64,000 bases of DNA. It comes from Akkermansia muciniphila. GTDB lineage: Bacteria > Verrucomicrobiota > Verrucomicrobiia > Opitutales > UBA953. Each line of letters begins with the position of its first letter. Position 1 is the first letter of the stretch. Below, piece by piece: positions 1-8,582 of this stretch. The position numbers were made by a program, and so were the translations under genes. The notes beneath the pieces were generated by a model. That model was not told the DNA's origin. It made no database searches and saw nothing but the letters and a program-made list of their open reading frames with translations. Where the stretch lies: assembly GCA_943331445.1 (NCBI GenBank), contig CALQLO010000003.1, positions 66,173 to 130,172 on the forward strand. Direction: 5' to 3'.

Positions 1-142
1 CGTTATCACGGAGGGACTCGAGGTGTGTTTTGCGGGCCACATCGAGATTGGAGAGGGCGGAGGCTTCGCCGCTCCAGGAGACCACGGCAATACCGCCAAA
101 GGCGGCGGCAATCAGGATGAGAATGTATTCACGAGGCTTCAT
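1..142 (-). CDS. Hypothetical exported or membrane-anchored protein (only the 5' part is in the window)
   Basis: ATG at 142 gives MKPREYILILIAAAFGGIAVVSWSGEASALSNLD..., open to the window edge; hydrophobic N-terminus; not in the ORF track. Confidence 0.55.
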   Translation of the reverse strand, partial: MKPREYILILIAAAFGGIAVVSWSGEASALSNLDVARKTHLESLRDN

Positions 143-202
143 AGGATTTGATTACGGTATTTATTGCCCGAAACCGCCAAGGGGTCAAGTGCCTACCCCT
201 GC

Positions 203-1378
203 TTAGGAAAGGCGATTTTTGTAATCCGCGTAGCCGAACTTACGTATTACCTGAATCTGGCCGACCGCCGGGTCGAAGCTCGCGATCGCTGGCAAAGGGA
301 CGCCATTGAAAGTCGTGTTCTTGACGAAGGTGTAATGAGACATGTCCAAAAATACGATTCTTTGGCCGATTTTAAGCGGGGCTGGGAAGGAGTAGTCGCC
401 GATGACATCGCCCGCCAGGCAGGTGACGCTGCCGAGTCGATAGGTGTGCGGGAGTTGGCCTGGCAGGTCGGCGTCGATGATGTCGGCTCGGTAGGGCATC
501 TCTAGCGTGTCCGGCATGTGGTTGGTCGCCGAGATGTCGATGATGGCGATATCCAGCCCGTTATGGACAAGGTCTAGCACTGTGCCGACAAGCACGCCGG
601 TGCCGATGCCGATGGCTTCTCCGGGTTCGAGGTAAATTTGGAGGTGCTCGCCCCAGCGTTGACGGAAGCCGGTGATAACTCGGACGAGGCGATCGAGGTC
701 GTAGCCTTCGCGGGTGATATGATGCCCGCCGCCAAAATTAACCCACTTCATTCGTGGGATGAATTCGCCGAACTTAGCCTCAAAGGCTGCAACCGTGCGT
801 TCGAGCACATCGGAGCCTTGCTGGCACATCGTGTGGAAGTGGAGCCCTTCGAGGCCCTCGAGGTCGGCCACCGATTTGATTTCAGAGCGGAGGGTGCCGA
901 GTCGTGAGCCGGAGGCGCAGGGATTGTAGAGCTCGACGTCGACCTCGGCGTGCTCGGGATTGACGCGCAACCCGAAGGAGACTTTGCGACCCGAGGCGAG
1001 GGCCGCGGCCTTGTGGCGCTTCCATTGCGAAGGGGAGTTAAAGGAGATGTGGTCGGCGACGCGGAGGAGGTGGGCAAACTCTTCGTCCTTGAACGCGGGA
1101 GAGTAAGCGTGGACTTCGCCGCCAAATTCTTCGCGGCCCAGCAGGGCTTCGTGAATGCCGCTGGCCGTGGTGCCTGCGAGGTATTTGCGGACGAGCTTGG
1201 CTTCGCTGAACTGCGCAAAGCCTTTGAGCGCGAGGAGAATCTTGGCGCCCGAGCGGTCCATCACGGAGCGCAGGATGCGGAGGTTATTCTCGAGTAGGCC
1301 GCGGTGCAGCACGTGGCACGGGCTGGGGACCTGGCTCAGATCGACCTTGCGGAAGGCTTCGGTGAGGGCGTCGGACAC
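203..1378 (-). CDS. nspC: Carboxynorspermidine decarboxylase
   Basis: PLP lysine in LLALKGF, YNPCASGSRLG, GLHFH, NFGGGHH, TCLAGD, FNG..LP; adjacent to the dehydrogenase gene; GTG start at 1378 chosen because the longer ORF crosses a terminator. Confidence 0.93.
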   Translation of the reverse strand: MSDALTEAFRKVDLSQVPSPCHVLHRGLLENNLRILRSVMDRSGAKILLALKGFAQFSEAKLVRKYLAGTTASGIHEALLGREEFGGEVHAYSPAFKDEEFAHLLRVADHISFNSPSQWKRHKAAALASGRKVSFGLRVNPEHAEVDVELYNPCASGSRLGTLRSEIKSVADLEGLEGLHFHTMCQQGSDVLERTVAAFEAKFGEFIPRMKWVNFGGGHHITREGYDLDRLVRVITGFRQRWGEHLQIYLEPGEAIGIGTGVLVGTVLDLVHNGLDIAIIDISATNHMPDTLEMPYRADIIDADLPGQLPHTYRLGSVTCLAGDVIGDYSFPAPLKIGQRIVFLDMSHYTFVKNTTFNGVPLPAIASFDPAVGQIQVIRKFGYADYKNRLS

Positions 1379-1411
1379 GGGCTTGAAAGTGTGAGCGGAT
1401 GCGAACGGGGC

Positions 1412-1441
1412 AAACGAAAAGCCCGCCGGTTGGGCGGGCTT
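1412..1441 (-). terminator. Intrinsic terminator-like hairpin between the dehydrogenase gene and nspC
   Basis: Minus strand AAGCCCGCC-loop-GGCGGGCTT followed by TTCGTTT. Confidence 0.6.
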
Positions 1442-1455
1442 GAGTGGACGTCTCT

Positions 1456-2655
1456 TTAGGCGACCGGGAGTTCCTTGACGTGCCAAGGCAGGCCACGCTT
1501 GTTGAGTTCGTCCATGAAGGGGTCAGGGTTGAGCTCCTCCATGTTCCAGACTCCTGGTTTCAGCCACTGGCCACTGGCGACCAGCGCGCCGCCGATGGCG
1601 GCAGGGACGCCTGTCGTGTAGCTGATGGCCTGAGACTTCACTTCGGCGAAGCACTCTTGGTGGTCGCAGACATTGTAGATGAAAACCTTGCGGGGTTTGC
1701 CGTCCTTGAGGCCGGTAATTTCACAGCCGATACAGGTCTTGCCCTTGGTACGCGGGCCGAGCGAGGCGGGGTCGGGCAGGAGCGCCTTGAGGAACTGAAT
1801 CGGGACGATTTGATGGCCCTGGAAGTCGATGGGGTCGATGCGAGTCATGCCGACATTCTCAAGTACGCGCAGGTGGGTGAGGTAGTTCTCGGAGAAGGTC
1901 ATGAAGAAACGGATGCGCTTCAGGCCCTTAATGTTAATCGCCAAGGACTCGAGCTCCTCGTGGTAGAGCAGGTAGCTGTCCTTGGGGCCGACAACGGGGT
2001 AGTCGTACACCCACTTGACGGAGAGCGGGTCGGTTTCCTTCCACTCACCCTTCTCCCAGTAGCGGCCACGTTGGGTGATTTCGCGGATATTGATCTCGGG
2101 GTTGAAGTTGGTGGCAAACTTGTAGCCATGGTCGCCGGCGTTGGCGTCCATGATGTCGATCGTCTCGATGGTATCGAACAGGTGCTTCTGGGCGTAGGCG
2201 CAGAAGACGTTGGTCACGCCCGGGTCGAAGCCGGAACCAAGGAGGGCCATGAGGCCGGCCTTCTCGAAGCGTTCGCGGTACGCCCACTGCCAGGAGTATT
2301 CGAACTTCGCGAGGTGGGGTGGTTCGTAGTTGGCGGTGTCGACGTAGTGGATGCCGGCGTGGAGGCAGGCGTCCATCAAGTGAAGGTCCTGGTAGGGTAG
2401 CGCGACGTTGATGAGCAGGTCGGCACCGAAGGACTTGATGAGGGCGACGGTGGCCTTGACGTCATCCGCATCGACGGCGGCCGTGCGGATGGTGCGGCCG
2501 GTCGTGGCCTTAACGTCGGCGGCGATGGCCTTGCACTTATTCTCGTTTCGGGAGGCGAGCATGATTTCCGAGAAGAACTCGGTCGCCATGGCGCACTTAT
2601 GGGTGACGACGTTGCCCACGCCGCCCGCACCGATGATTAGGACTTTTTTGCTCAT
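1456..2655 (-). CDS. Carboxynorspermidine dehydrogenase (saccharopine dehydrogenase family)
   Basis: Rossmann IIGAGGVG, NVALPYQD, YVDTANYE, GFDPGVTN, FATNFNPEINIRE, SYTTGVP; paired with nspC. Confidence 0.92.
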   Translation of the reverse strand: MSKKVLIIGAGGVGNVVTHKCAMATEFFSEIMLASRNENKCKAIAADVKATTGRTIRTAAVDADDVKATVALIKSFGADLLINVALPYQDLHLMDACLHAGIHYVDTANYEPPHLAKFEYSWQWAYRERFEKAGLMALLGSGFDPGVTNVFCAYAQKHLFDTIETIDIMDANAGDHGYKFATNFNPEINIREITQRGRYWEKGEWKETDPLSVKWVYDYPVVGPKDSYLLYHEELESLAINIKGLKRIRFFMTFSENYLTHLRVLENVGMTRIDPIDFQGHQIVPIQFLKALLPDPASLGPRTKGKTCIGCEITGLKDGKPRKVFIYNVCDHQECFAEVKSQAISYTTGVPAAIGGALVASGQWLKPGVWNMEELNPDPFMDELNKRGLPWHVKELPVA

Positions 2656-2799
2656 GAGATGACTGATTTCTGTCCACTCAGTGGAGAGGGGGAAGCAAAA
2701 AGGATACACAGTCGGGCAAGGGATGGGCGTCGGTCGGGTGACGCCATCCAGCCAGCCCTTTCCAAACCGGCGAACCGGTCAGAAAGTAACCCTTTTGGC

Positions 2800-2876
2800 T
2801 GGCGGGATGGACGAGACTCGAACTCGCGACCTCCGCAGTGACAGTGCGGCGCTCTAACCAACTGAGCTACCACCCC
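2800..2876 (-). tRNA. tRNA-Asp(GTC)
   Basis: Cloverleaf: acceptor GGGGTGG/CCATCCC, anticodon arm CCGCA-CT-GTC-AC-TGCGG, TTCGAGT T-loop, encoded CCA. Confidence 0.97.
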
Positions 2877-2942
2877 GGTAGCCAAAAGGAAGGGTAACAA
2901 AGGTTTCCGGCAGGGGGTCTGTCAAACGGAAAACCGACCGAA

Positions 2943-4202
2943 TTAGCCTCGAACCTGACCTTGGCCAACGATTTCGAACTTCCAGGTGGTCAATTCACGA
3001 ATCCCCATAGGTCCGCGGGCGTGTAGGCGGTCCGTGGAGATGCCGACTTCGGCTCCGAAGCCGAACTCGCCCCCGTCCGTGAAACGGGTGCTGGCATTCC
3101 AATAGACGCAGGCACTGTCAATTTGGGCCAGGAAGGAGCGGGCTACGGCTTCGTCTGCCGTGATGATCGCGTCAGAGTGGTGGGAACCATAGCCTTCGAT
3201 GTGGGCGACGGCCTCATCGAGGCCGCTGACGATCTTCACATTGAGTATCAGGCCAAGGTGCTCAGTGCGGAAATCCTGTTCAGTCGCCACCTTAGCACCC
3301 GGCATGAGTGCACGGCTCTTTTCGCAGGCGCGGACTTCGGTTTTTTTCTCCGATAGCGCTGCGGCCATAGCGGGGAGGAATTGAGCGGCCACGGCTTGGT
3401 CGACGAGTAGCGTCTCAAGGGCATTGCAGGCGCTAGGGCGCTGGCACTTGGCGTTGAGTACGATGGCCTGGGCCATGGCGAGGTCAGCCTGCGCATGGAC
3501 GTAGACGTGACAGATGCCAGCGTCATGTTTAATGACGGGGACTTTGGCGGAGTTGACGACGGCCTCGATGAGGCCAGGTCCACCGCGCGGGACGATGATG
3601 TCCACGATGCCACGAAGGGAACCCAGTGCGGGCACAGCTTCGCGGTCCGTAAAGGGGAGGAGCGTGACGGCGGCGGCGGGGAGGCCGGCGGCGCGCAGGC
3701 CAGTCGCGAAGGATTTCGCGAGCGCGAGGTTCGTGTGGATGGCTTCGCTGCCGCCGCGGAGCACGCAACCGTTGCCGGACTTAAGGCAAAGGGCCGCCGC
3801 GTCGACGGTGACGTTGGGGCGCGATTCGAAGATGATTGCGACGAGGCCGATGGGCACTCGGCGTCGGATGATGCGGAGGCCATTGGGCCGGGTCCAGTCC
3901 TCGGTGATTTCGCCGACGGGGTCAGGGAGTTTGGCCACCGCTTCGCAGGCTACGGCGATATCCTCAAGGCGGGCATGGTCGAGGCGGAGGCGGTCGGTCA
4001 TCGCCTCGGTGAGCCCTTTGGCTTTGGCCACCGCGAGGTCTTTACCGTTAGCTTCAAGGATGAAGGCCTCATCGGTACGCAGGGCCTGGGCAGCCGCACG
4101 CAAAGCACGGTCGCGGGTTTCGGTCGACGCCAGAGCAAGCGCCCGCGAGGCCTTCTTGGCGGCTCGGGCGATATCCGTCACGCGCTGGAGCAGGTCGCTC
4201 AT
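2943..4202 (-). CDS. proA: Gamma-glutamyl phosphate reductase
   Basis: IFESRPNVT, LRGGSEA, CNALET, NASTRFTDGGEFGFGAEVGIST, LHARGPMG. Confidence 0.97.
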   Translation of the reverse strand: MSDLLQRVTDIARAAKKASRALALASTETRDRALRAAAQALRTDEAFILEANGKDLAVAKAKGLTEAMTDRLRLDHARLEDIAVACEAVAKLPDPVGEITEDWTRPNGLRIIRRRVPIGLVAIIFESRPNVTVDAAALCLKSGNGCVLRGGSEAIHTNLALAKSFATGLRAAGLPAAAVTLLPFTDREAVPALGSLRGIVDIIVPRGGPGLIEAVVNSAKVPVIKHDAGICHVYVHAQADLAMAQAIVLNAKCQRPSACNALETLLVDQAVAAQFLPAMAAALSEKKTEVRACEKSRALMPGAKVATEQDFRTEHLGLILNVKIVSGLDEAVAHIEGYGSHHSDAIITADEAVARSFLAQIDSACVYWNASTRFTDGGEFGFGAEVGISTDRLHARGPMGIRELTTWKFEIVGQGQVRG

Positions 4203-4969
4203 TTCTTCTGTAAGGAGAAGCGGGTGCCGAGCTTCTTGCCGGCCGCGATTTCGATGAGCACGTTCGGGTGGCGGCCGCTGGCGATGATGGTATCGACCCC
4301 GCCTTCGGCGGCGATCTCGGCCGCGAGCAGCTTCGTGACCATGCCTCCGACATTGCGTTCGGAACCGGCGCCGCCGGCGAGGGCGCGCACGGAATCATCA
4401 AGTTTGCGGACGGAGGGGATCAGGTCGCCCGTGCCGTCGGACTTCGTCATCAGGCCTTGGATGCCGGAAAGGATGATCAGCAGGTCGGCGCCGACGAGGG
4501 CGGCGACGTGCGCGGAGAGGCGATCGTTGTCGCCCACCTTAATTTCCTCATCGGCGATGGCATCGTTCTCGTTGATGATTGGGATGAAGCGCTTGCGAGC
4601 GAGGAGGAGGTCGAGTGTCGCCCGGGCGTTGCGGGTGCAGGCACGGCTATCGAGGTCCCAGTAGGTCAGGAGCATCTGGGAGCCGAGCAGCTTATGACGG
4701 CGGAGGTGCTTGCCGTACTCGGACATCAGTTCGGGTTGGCCGACCGTCGCGCAGGCTTGGAGTTCGCGGGCTTCTTTAGGGCGCTTGTCGAGGCCCATGG
4801 CAGTCATGCCGGCGGCGACGGCTCCCGAGGTGACGACGACGACCTGGATGCCGCGCTTATTGAGGGCGGCGACCTGATCGACGATGCGACCAATCTGGAC
4901 GCGATCGACCTTGCCGTCTTTGCGGGTGAGCAGACCGGAACCGAGTTTGATGACCCAACGTTTTGCCAT
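4199..4969 (-). CDS. proB: Glutamate 5-kinase (short form, no PUA domain)
   Basis: VIKLGS, TSGAVAAG, INENDA, GDNDRLSA, GGMVTKL; 4-nt overlap with proA. Confidence 0.95.
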   Translation of the reverse strand: MAKRWVIKLGSGLLTRKDGKVDRVQIGRIVDQVAALNKRGIQVVVVTSGAVAAGMTAMGLDKRPKEARELQACATVGQPELMSEYGKHLRRHKLLGSQMLLTYWDLDSRACTRNARATLDLLLARKRFIPIINENDAIADEEIKVGDNDRLSAHVAALVGADLLIILSGIQGLMTKSDGTGDLIPSVRKLDDSVRALAGGAGSERNVGGMVTKLLAAEIAAEGGVDTIIASGRHPNVLIEIAAGKKLGTRFSLQKK

Positions 4970-5017
4970 GGCTTTAAGGTGCAGACCTTAGCCGATGGAA
5001 TTCGTCGATGTCCAGCG

Positions 5018-6064
5018 TCAGAGTGGCCCGCCCGCCGGGGAGGGAGGCGTCAAGCCGACGGCCAGCCAGCCCTTGGGGGCTAAAACGCGGCCCTGCGGGG
5101 TGCGCAGTACGTAACCTTCTTGGACGAGGAACGGCTCGTGGACTTCCTCGAGCGTGTGGGCGTCTTCGCCGATCGCGGCGCCGATGCTATTGAGACCGAC
5201 CGGGCCACCGTTATGTTTCTCGGCCATGGCACGGAGAAAGCGGTGGTCCATTTCATCGAGGCCGTGGCGATCGATTTCGAGGAGTTCGAGGGCGGCGGCG
5301 GTCACGGCGGCGTTGGCTTTTCCGCCCGCACGTTCGAGAGCGTAGTCGCGGGTGAAGCGTAGGAGATTGTTAACGATGCGCGGGGTGCCGCGGGCACGTC
5401 GCGCGATTTCATCAGAGCCGCCTTGGTCGATATCCAGCTGCAATAGCTCCGCATTACGGCGCACGATGCTCAGGAGTTGTTCGCGGGTGTAATAGTCGAG
5501 GCGAGTCTGCAGGGTAAAGCGACTGCGCAGTGGAGCGGTAAGTAGGCCAGTGCGGGTGGTCGCGCCGACGAGGGTGAACTTCGGGAGGTCAAGACGCACG
5601 GAGCGGGCGTTCGGTCCTTGGTCGATCATGATATCGATGCGGAAGTCCTCCATTGCGGAGTAGAGAAATTCTTCGACCGTCTTGGGGATGCGATGAATCT
5701 CGTCGATGAAGAGCAACTCGCCTTCTTGCAGGCTGGTGAGCAAGCCCGCGAGGTCCGATGCTTTTTCGACGACTGGTCCGGACGTGACGCGAATCGGGCG
5801 ACCCATCTCTTCGGCGAGGATCATCGCGAGGGTGGTCTTCCCTAGTCCGGGTGGGCCGTGCAGCAGGATGTGGTCGAGCGTACGGCCTTCGCGCCGAGCG
5901 GCGCCAATCATCACGCGCAGGCGTTCGACCGTGCGGGCTTGGCCGACGAAATCATCGAGCTTCGGCGGGCGCAGGGAGGCATCGAGCGAACGATTGGCCC
6001 GTGACAAGCCTTCCTTCCCGGCGGGAAGAGCGGGCTCATCGGGAGAATCCTTAGCACGGGCCAT
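5018..6064 (-). CDS. ruvB: Holliday junction branch-migration helicase RuvB
   Basis: LRP..LDDFVGQ, GPPGLGKTT, FIDEIHR, GATTR, RTPQGR. Confidence 0.97.
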   Translation of the reverse strand: MARAKDSPDEPALPAGKEGLSRANRSLDASLRPPKLDDFVGQARTVERLRVMIGAARREGRTLDHILLHGPPGLGKTTLAMILAEEMGRPIRVTSGPVVEKASDLAGLLTSLQEGELLFIDEIHRIPKTVEEFLYSAMEDFRIDIMIDQGPNARSVRLDLPKFTLVGATTRTGLLTAPLRSRFTLQTRLDYYTREQLLSIVRRNAELLQLDIDQGGSDEIARRARGTPRIVNNLLRFTRDYALERAGGKANAAVTAAALELLEIDRHGLDEMDHRFLRAMAEKHNGGPVGLNSIGAAIGEDAHTLEEVHEPFLVQEGYVLRTPQGRVLAPKGWLAVGLTPPSPAGGPL

Positions 6065-6101
6065 AGGCGCAAGGTGCGGAGTCGCGGCGGATTGGCAACC
6101 C

Positions 6102-7394
6102 TCAGTCCTCGGCGAAGCCCTTGGGCAGTTCGGAGGCGGGGAGGCGTTCAATATCGGCACCGAGGCCACGCAGCCGTTCTTCGAAGCGTTCGTAGCCGCG
6201 ATCGAGATGGTAGAGCCGTTGGACCCAAGTTTCACCTTTGGCGATGAGGGCGGCGAGGATGAGGGCCGCGGAGGCGCGCAGGTCGGAGGCCATTACGGGC
6301 GCGCCGGAAAGAGGTCGATCGCCGTAGATGGCTGCGGTGGGACCGTCGATGGCGATTTCCGCCCCCATGCGTTGGAGCTCGGCCGCATGCATGAAGCGAG
6401 CGGGGTAGATTTTTTCCGTTACCGTGCTCCGGCCGTCGACCAAGAGTTGCAGGGCCATGAATTGGGCCTGCAGGTCGGTGGGGAAGCCGGGGTAGGGTTC
6501 GGTGATAATGGCGACGGCGTGCGTTGGCCGGCCGAAGGCGCGAATGAAGTCGGGTCCCGTTTCCACGCCGACACCTGCTTCGCGCAGCTTGTCGAGGAAT
6601 GCGGTGAGGTGCGCGGGGTTGCAGTGCGTGACGGTGACGTCGCCGCCAGTGATGGCGCCAGCGACTAGATACGTGCCTGCTTCAATGCGGTCAGCGATGA
6701 CCGTGTGGTCACAGCCGTGAAGGGTTGTGACGCCTTCGATTTCAATGATGTTGGTGCCCTGTCCGCGGATTTGTGCGCCCATCTTGATGAGCATCTCGCA
6801 AAGGTCGACGACCTCAGGTTCGCGGGCTGCGCACTCGATGCGGGTGATCCCCGGGGTGAGTGTCGCCGCCATCACGATGTTGGCTGTGCCTAAGACCGTG
6901 CTGCCCATCGGGCCGCCCATGAAGACCGTGTCGCCATGAGCTCGGCTGGCGTCGACTTGCACGAGGCCGGCTTCTACGTTCACGATGCAGCCCATCGCCT
7001 CGAGTCCCTTTAGGTGGAGATCGATGGGGCGCGGGCCGATGACGCAGCCGCCGGGAATGGCCATCTCCGCGTGACGGAGGCGGCCGATGAGTGAGCCGAG
7101 TAGGCAGACGGAGGCGCGCATCTTGCGTACCAGGTCGTAGGGCGTGCGGTGTGTAATTGTGGACGCACAAATAGTCCACACGCCGGGCTCGGGGTTGGTG
7201 ACGACGGCACCTTGGTGACCGAGGATCTCGGCCATGTAGCGGACGTCGCTGAGGTCGGGGACGTTACGCAACGTCACCGTCTCGCCCGTGAGGAGCGAAG
7301 CGGCGAGAAGCGGCAGGGAGGCGTTCTTGGAGCCTGCGGCCCGGAGGGAGCCGCGCAGCACGTGACCACCTCGGATGCGTGCGACCTGGAGCAT
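6102..7394 (-). CDS. murA: UDP-N-acetylglucosamine 1-carboxyvinyltransferase
   Basis: GSKNASLP, MRAS, PGGCVIGPRPIDLH (catalytic Cys), PYPGFPTDLQ, DLRA, HLDRGY. Confidence 0.97.
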   Translation of the reverse strand: MLQVARIRGGHVLRGSLRAAGSKNASLPLLAASLLTGETVTLRNVPDLSDVRYMAEILGHQGAVVTNPEPGVWTICASTITHRTPYDLVRKMRASVCLLGSLIGRLRHAEMAIPGGCVIGPRPIDLHLKGLEAMGCIVNVEAGLVQVDASRAHGDTVFMGGPMGSTVLGTANIVMAATLTPGITRIECAAREPEVVDLCEMLIKMGAQIRGQGTNIIEIEGVTTLHGCDHTVIADRIEAGTYLVAGAITGGDVTVTHCNPAHLTAFLDKLREAGVGVETGPDFIRAFGRPTHAVAIITEPYPGFPTDLQAQFMALQLLVDGRSTVTEKIYPARFMHAAELQRMGAEIAIDGPTAAIYGDRPLSGAPVMASDLRASAALILAALIAKGETWVQRLYHLDRGYERFEERLRGLGADIERLPASELPKGFAED

Positions 7395-7436
7395 TGTGTA
7401 AAAGAGCGGGGGCGCCGTTTGGCGCCCCCGGTTCAA

Positions 7437-8387
7437 TCAGCCTTCGCGCGGACCGTTGCGAGGACCGCGGTCGCCACGGAAATCTCCGCGGCCACCACGT
7501 GAGCCACCACGATCGCCACCGCGAGATCCGTCGCGGGAACCGCCACGGAATTCGCCGCGTCCGCGTCCACCGCGCTGCCCACGGTCAGAGCGTTCGCCGT
7601 GATGTTCGCCGCGGGGCTGCTGGGCACGTTCGGAAGGAACAAAGACGGCCTTGGTGGGAATGCCAAAGAGCGTAGCGAACTTGCGCTTCAGCGAAGCCCA
7701 GAAGCCGATCGGCGCCTGGACGGGGATGACGACGGGCTCGATCTGGATGCGTGGGCGTTCTTCGCGGCGGGGGCGATCTTCGCGACGAGGACCGCGGTCG
7801 CCTTCAGGGCGGGGGCCACGATCACCTTCGGCGCGGGGCTCGCGACGAGGACCACGTTCGCCTTCGGCGCGCGGTTCACGACGAGGACGGTCGCCTTGCG
7901 GGATGCCGGGCTGACGGCCTTCTTCGGCGACGAAGCCTTCGGCACGAGGTTCGCGGGGTTCGCGACGCGGGCGGTCACCCTGCGGGATGCCCGGCTGGCG
8001 CGGTTCGCGTTGCTCACGAGGCTCACGCTGCTCGCGCGGTTGAGGCGCAGGCTGCTGGGCGAGGCTACCCGAGAGGTTCTCGGTAAGCTGCGACGGATCT
8101 TCGACGACGCCGCAGGTTGGGCGGGCAGTCTGACCATTGGCGGCCGGAGCGGCGCCACGGGGTGTACCGCGACGACCGAATTGCTTCGGCGTGGTGATGG
8201 TTCCGGGTTTCGCGGCGGGTTCACTGGAAGCACCGATCACTGACAGCGGGGGGAGTTCCGCGTGGGCGGACTCCAGCTTAGCTTCGGCAATACGGGGTGC
8301 GGGGGTGCGGACTTCATTGGCGCCTGCGTCCGCGGCGGGCTGTTGGGCGGAGACTGGCTCCTGGCCCTGGGTTTGTTCTTGGCTCAT
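7437..8387 (-). CDS. Intrinsically disordered Arg/Glu/Pro/Gly-rich protein with an amphipathic helix; RNase E scaffold-like
   Basis: 316-aa ORF co-oriented with rny and murA; REPR/GDRGPR repeats; GFWASLKRKFATLFG helix; RGG-rich tail. Confidence 0.75.
   Translation of the reverse strand: MSQEQTQGQEPVSAQQPAADAGANEVRTPAPRIAEAKLESAHAELPPLSVIGASSEPAAKPGTITTPKQFGRRGTPRGAAPAANGQTARPTCGVVEDPSQLTENLSGSLAQQPAPQPREQREPREQREPRQPGIPQGDRPRREPREPRAEGFVAEEGRQPGIPQGDRPRREPRAEGERGPRREPRAEGDRGPRPEGDRGPRREDRPRREERPRIQIEPVVIPVQAPIGFWASLKRKFATLFGIPTKAVFVPSERAQQPRGEHHGERSDRGQRGGRGRGEFRGGSRDGSRGGDRGGSRGGRGDFRGDRGPRNGPREG
7870..8002 (-). repeat. Two copies of the coding motif RQPGIPQGDRPRREPR
   Basis: Identical 16-aa peptide encoded twice, with several synonymous nucleotide differences. 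Confidence 0.8.
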
Positions 8388-8545
8388 GTTTCTTGTGTTG
8401 GGGCGGCCTTCGTTGTGGCCGACCGGATGATGCGGGCTGCTCCGTTGTGGGGCGGCGTCGCGGTTTGTCGGACCCTTGGTGACGGAGGACGAACCTCCTT
8501 GGGGTGCCGAAAGGCGCCGGGAGTGACTCCCGGAAAGAATGTGAA
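8388..8545 (-). promoter_or_regulatory. Structured 5' leader, candidate cis-regulatory RNA
   Basis: Hairpins CCGGGAG-TCA-CTCCCGG and GGAGG-TTCGT-CCTCC; CCACAACG present twice. Confidence 0.45.
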
Positions 8546-8582
8546 TAAATAGACCCCCCTAGGTTAACAACAAGAAACTCCC

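Noticed and set aside
1379..1486. N-terminal extensions in the ORF track (nspC, ruvB, rny, argF, serS, thrB, thrC, DUF4337 and others)
   Set aside because: They overlap neighbouring genes or terminators; family motifs start at the downstream start codons used here.
2652..2900. Short ORFs across tRNA-Asp, and 25876..26182 across tRNA-Cys
   Set aside because: Explained by the tRNA genes.
4199..4969. proB without a PUA domain as a possible pseudogene
   Set aside because: PUA-less glutamate 5-kinases are well known, the catalytic motifs are intact, and the gene is coupled to proA.
7437..8050. Repetitive DNA that might be a CRISPR array or VNTR
   Set aside because: The repeats are degenerate, in-frame coding repeats with no constant repeat-spacer period and no cas genes.
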